A stretch of DNA of 39,423 bases, from the NCBI GenBank assembly GCA_900291995.1, contig OLMU01001683.1, positions 1 through 39,423 on the forward strand. Reading direction: 5' to 3'. The translations under genes and the position numbers were made by a program. The notes beneath the pieces are model-generated. The model searched no databases and was not told the DNA's origin. It saw only the letters and a list, made by a program, of their open reading frames with translations. The DNA is from Licmophora abbreviata. Taxonomy: Eukaryota. Positions 34,830-39,423 of this stretch are shown piece by piece. How positions within the stretch are numbered: the stretch's first letter is position 1; each line of letters begins with the position of its first letter.

Positions 34830-35238
34830 GATGGTCGGCGTGTTCGTGTGTGACGCAAAACAAAAGTGACTTCAACATTGAGCGGCCATGGCGAAGTGCG
34901 GCACAGAACAAAAAGCTTTGTCGGCTTGGTGTGACTTGGCGCGCCTTAGTGCCGCGTCATCAACGCACGGCGGAATCAGTACTAGGTCTTGTAGAATATC
35001 CTTCGACAACTCGCTCAAAAGTTTACTGCTTCTTAGACTGATGGGCATACATGAGCGTGATGGTCATGGTATCTTGTACATAAACTTGCGGAAAGATAGG
35101 ATCATAAGTGCAGCAATTTATAAGTTCAGAAATCAACTCTTAGCTATAGACATGAAGTAGGTGCATTTCATAAGCTATATCCCATTACCCCGAGGCGTCG
35201 TCAGAATCAAAATATAGGATCGTTGCAATGTATAGTAA

Positions 35239-37588
35239 CTACACACGCATCTTCTTTACAGTGTTTGCCATCTTCGGGTTCTTCTGCCAGTCGACTATCA
35301 TCCCGGCCTTCAGAATCAGGTCGTTATCCATGGTCGAGTCGTACCTGTAGTCAAAAAACAGTTCGCTTTGCGGTTCAATGTCCTGGATGGCGAAAAGTCC
35401 GATGCGATTGTCGCCGTTGACCAAAAGGATCCGAGTCTCGCAGTTCGGCTTCGAGCTATGATTCGTAAACCGTGCCTTATTCCCCTTGCGGGTTGAGTCG
35501 ACAACCATGTCAGAGTTCAGATTAAATAAGTAGCTCCGATTTACCTTATCGTAGATCGCGCCTCGACGCTCGGCTTCTTCCTGTGAGATAAGTTCGCCCA
35601 CGTACTCCACCACAAAGTCGCCTCTCTTTAGGGCACCCTTGGTGTAGATTCCCCACCCTGCATCCTCCACGCTAGACTTGGCAAGCAGCAAATGCCTGTG
35701 CCGTCTCATGCCAATATTATCGTTTCGGCAGCGTTGTGTCGTTGCTGGCTGGTTCGGGGGGTCCGAGCAAGCACCGCAAGAACGACAGAGGTCGGGGTCG
35801 CATTCTCTTTTGGAAGCAACACATGAACAAGTCTTGTTGACGCAACGGCCCTTACAGTTGCACCCACGGAAGAAGTTTCGACTCTTGTGACCCCACACAC
35901 AGTGCTTGGTACAAAAACGAGACAGTTGGACACAGGAGCAATTCTCCTCGGAGCACGGTCCGCTGTGATCACATGGATTGAAGAAAGGATGTATTTCAGC
36001 CCCTTGCACGTTTCGAAGCCAAGATTGATTGTACACTCTCATTGATTGTGGGTCGCTGTAGCACCTTTTCTTGCTCTTCCTCTTGGGTACGGTGGTCGGA
36101 CGAATTGAATCTTCAAGCTCTTCGAACGAAAGCTCCTTGGACGAACAGTAGTCGTTCACGAGCTTTCGTGGTAGACCGATTGTGAACGCAATCTTGTCAA
36201 TGTCGCCACGAAAAATGGTAAACATCCTCTCGCACAGGACCTTATTCGCCTCTGACAATTCGCTCATTGCAGCGTGTTTCTCATCAAATTTGTCAAGCGA
36301 TTCTTTCATTTGACGTTTTTGCCGTAGCTGGCTGTCAGACAATGCAGCGCATTTCTTGTCGGCTGAGGACGATGCCTTTGGAAACCCAGTTCCTACAGAA
36401 AGCGCGGACGACTACAAGGAACTGTTAGCCCGAGATGGTGATCACTAGCGCTGGACAAGATACAGATTTCACGAGAGGGGGGCTCACCTTGTCTTCCCAG
36501 AAACCTTCTAGTTGCTTTTGGAGTGCTAGTTCGGTCTGGAGACTCAACGATGGTTTGTCGAGGTTGCCATGAACATTGCAGTCGTACGTGAAGCACCGTC
36601 TACAAAAAAGGCGTCGGTAGCTATCAATAACCTCGAGGTACGTCCCACCGTCGTCCTGGACTTTCCCAGATGAGCTTGCTATCTCTTGTTCACCAGCTGG
36701 CCGCTGTTCTGTAGTGATCAAGACGCGGTATCTGTCATTGATCCGATCTACCTCTTCCCCCAGAATCTCAGCAAGCGTCGAATGAATCCTGGTCTGCAGT
36801 TGACTGCGCGACGATGCCGGTGACTGAGAGCCCTTCGCAGGAGTAGGCCAACCTTCCATAATTTCATTTTCCTGTAGATCACGTTGAATGAACGATAAAA
36901 TCTCGTCGATGGCGTCGTTGGCGTCGCGTTCTTTGCACTCCGCCCCGAAAACCAATCTTTTCTCCCGGTGCTCCGTATCGAACAGGTCGAGAACACTATC
37001 GTCATCGTCGTCTTCCCCAAAGTACGGTACATACATTAGATTCTTTTCATCTTCAGAGTGGTAATGAGACTTTAGAAACATTGTGGTCGATGATCGAGGC
37101 ACTGGGTCTGGGGCTCCTTCGAGAATAATCGGATGTGGCAATGACTCTGTCCTTTGCCTGCCGTTACTGCCGAGTATCCGCACTGAGACTGGTTCTAATT
37201 TTCGCATTCCTGATATAACATCCGAGGCAGCAGACAGTTCAGACATGTCTGAGTTTCCTCTCGACGCCGTCTCGTCTCGAGACGGATCGCTGCAAGGCCG
37301 ACAGTACAACATTGCTTCCACTGGCAGAGGGGGCGAAGCATTTGTTGGGAGACGCGGGAAGCATCTCGTTTCTCGAGGCACACGGCGCTTCAGAACTTCA
37401 TCACGAGATATTCGCAGTGACTCTTCCAGAAGTTTCGCTTTCCGTTGGTCCCGCTTACCCTCGACTTGTGTGTACGCTGCTCGGACGAAGTCTTCCAATC
37501 CTTCATCTGTGAGCAAATCGATCTCCTGCCGTTGTCGCGCAGATCCTGGCGTAGCAGGACTTTTCTTTATTTCTGGTTTCGATGACAT
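35239..37588 (-). CDS. E(z): Enhancer of zeste H3K27 methyltransferase (PRC2 catalytic subunit); intron 36412-36487
   Basis: YVPYFGE, DSYRRLFCRRCFTYDCNVHG, a Cys-rich CXC (RECDPDLC), and SET motifs AGWG, EYVGELISQEEAERRG.IYD, SYLFNLN, NHS and ELFFDYRY. Confidence 0.95.
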
Positions 37589-37866
37589 TATGGACGACTA
37601 TCTTCTTTTTCGCGTTCAAGAGCCAGAAACTGGGCCTTCGTTGTCAGCCAATCCAAAAACAGTCGATCGTCGATCCTCATTTGATTCTCATCATGGAGTG
37701 ATGCCGTCGTATGTCTACCTTCCCGCATTTTTTTCTTTTTTCGAGATTCGTACCGGGTACGCCAGACAGACGAAGAGCTTCTGAGCCATTCACACCCACA
37801 TCTCAGTGTTCTCTTTCATCATCGCATTAGTTTTGTTTCTTTCATGAAATTGTTCCGTTCACCACC

Positions 37867-39090
37867 ATGGCCAAAAAAACAAATGCTCAGATCAGACGCA
37901 TGGTAAAACGGGCGGCGGCACGGGGGGAAGAATACGTTCCTCCTGCACCAGAGGAGGCAGACGAAACGGATGATGAACGGATCGGAACTGGCGCAAAAAG
38001 CACAGAAACACGAAAGCTCGCTATTGCCAAGCGACTTCAGAAGGAGCTGAAGGATATCGATTCAAAAGAAGACATGAAGTCAAAAGAGAGACGATCAGCG
38101 AAGCGGAAAGCTGAGGCCATTGCAGCAGAAGAGGCAGAAATTCCGGCAGCTGAGCTCTTGGAGCTTCTCGAGTCGCAGAAAAGCGAACCCGCGACTGCTG
38201 AAGCCCATCAACGGACGACATCGACTGCTGATCTCAACCAGTCCGAAGATACACACGGACAGAAGAAACGCAATCCTTATATTCTCTTCATCGGACAACT
38301 CAACTACAGTACTTCGCGTGATGCACTCTTTGGTCACATTCAACGTGAGCTTGGGCAGGAGTACTCGATCGCCGATGACACCGTGCAGATTCGTCTCTTG
38401 ACAGATTCCAAAACGAAAAAGTCGCGGGGAATGGCATTCGTGGAAACGTCTGATCCTGAGTTGCTATACGCATTGCTGAAGCTGCATCATACTCAATTGG
38501 ATGGCAGAAGAATCAATGTGGAGAGAACTGCTGGTGGGAAACGCAATAGCGAAGCGCGCAAGTCCAAGCTAACGCAGCTTCGGGCGGAACAATTGAATCA
38601 CATGTCAGAAGTTGTGGACAAGCTCCTCGCGGACAATCTTAGCTCAGGGGAGCTCCAGGAAAAGGAGCTTGATGATGGTGTGATAGCGCTGTGTAAGCGA
38701 CATTCCGCCGCTACAGTGGAAGCATCGTTGCTGGAGTACATGGAGACGAACGGGCGTGACAAGGACAACCCGAGCGCTTATCTGACGCATATTATAGGAA
38801 AGATTGCCGACGAAGGTATCGAAGAGCAAAAGGTGAAACGAGAAATACGGGAACGTCGAGCATCAGAGCGAAAAAACAGTCATGGGGGGCGACCGCCGAA
38901 GCGCGCTCGTGGCCCGGGTGTCAAGACGACAGAGATTGGAGTGCTGGGAAGCAAACTCGAAGACTCGTCAGAACTGTCCAAGGCAGGCGTCGACATGAAA
39001 ATGAGTATTGTCACATCACCGGGAGACAAGCTGTCGACAATATTTCCTTCCCTTACCCGCGGTCGAGGGAGAGGGCGAGGCTACATGTAG
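37867..39090 (+). CDS. Nop6-like nucleolar RRM protein with an RG-rich tail
   Basis: RNP2 ILFIGQL, RNP1 SRGMAFVE, LKLHHTQLDGRRINVERTAGG and C-terminal RGRGRGRG. Confidence 0.75.
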   Translation: MAKKTNAQIRRMVKRAAARGEEYVPPAPEEADETDDERIGTGAKSTETRKLAIAKRLQKELKDIDSKEDMKSKERRSAKRKAEAIAAEEAEIPAAELLELLESQKSEPATAEAHQRTTSTADLNQSEDTHGQKKRNPYILFIGQLNYSTSRDALFGHIQRELGQEYSIADDTVQIRLLTDSKTKKSRGMAFVETSDPELLYALLKLHHTQLDGRRINVERTAGGKRNSEARKSKLTQLRAEQLNHMSEVVDKLLADNLSSGELQEKELDDGVIALCKRHSAATVEASLLEYMETNGRDKDNPSAYLTHIIGKIADEGIEEQKVKREIRERRASERKNSHGGRPPKRARGPGVKTTEIGVLGSKLEDSSELSKAGVDMKMSIVTSPGDKLSTIFPSLTRGRGRGRGYM

Positions 39091-39271
39091 TGTATTACAC
39101 TTTGCTACAACAACGTCACTAAAATTGCCCGTGGAGTTTGTCGATAGTGAAGGAGCATGGTGGTTGTTAGGTATCTAGAGAGTAACCCTAACAGAAGACT
39201 ACAGAGATAGAAAACTTAGTGATCCACAAGCTACAGCGCTCAGTTCTATTGGTCCAGGCCCATGATCAAAA

Positions 39272-39423
39272 TTATTTCTCCGTCTCGCTTATAGCGCGGA
39301 CTCGTTTTCGTCGACCGCGTTTTGGCTCCCAGTTGAACCCAAGCGCGTCAAGCTGAGCACGTCTTGGCGCTTCTTCGCTACCGCTCAAGTATGCGCCTTT
39401 GACGCGAATATCCTTCAGTCGTT
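39272..39423 (-). CDS. 3' end of a helicase-associated (HA) domain protein, truncated by the window edge
   Basis: Open frame RLKDIRVKGAYL...RRAQLDALGFNWEPKRGRRKR to TAA at 39272. LxxLGFxW is the typical HA-domain ending. Confidence 0.65.
   Translation of the reverse strand, partial: RLKDIRVKGAYLSGSEEAPRRAQLDALGFNWEPKRGRRKRVRAISETEK

Noticed and set aside
39184..39192. TAACCCTAA telomere-like sequence
   Set aside because: Fewer than two units; consistent with chance.

Overview
Gene-dense eukaryotic nuclear DNA, most likely a diatom or related photosynthetic stramenopile. The basis is short GT-AG introns (mostly 76-104 nt), very short intergenic spacers, and several bipartite signal-peptide + 'AF/GF' plastid-targeting leaders. 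I reconstruct about 23 protein-coding genes plus one partial gene. In order: a degenerate phosphoglucose-isomerase-like protein, a beta-propeller/2OG-Fe(II) oxygenase fusion, an alpha/beta hydrolase, a membrane protein, a HAD nucleotidase, MPP6, YTM1/WDR12, a PPR-like protein, PRP31, RbfA, C9orf78/TLS1, an M3 peptidase, DNAJC17, a VPxG-repeat protein, a DUF1517/FLAP1-like protein, a repeat-containing TLDc protein, DPH5, Mpv17/PMP22, a class-3 lipase, a ChaN/DUF399-like protein, E(z), a Nop6-like RRM protein and the 3' end of an HA-domain gene. At least nine single-base frameshifts interrupt otherwise intact genes, some of them essential; long-read consensus error is the most likely cause. I found no CRISPR array, rRNA, tRNA or transposon. 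The main points of interest are the apparently catalytically dead PGI paralog, the propeller-oxygenase fusion, a run of RNA-processing genes, and a recurrent CGCCAT motif upstream of genes. All family calls come from motif recognition by eye, not database searches.
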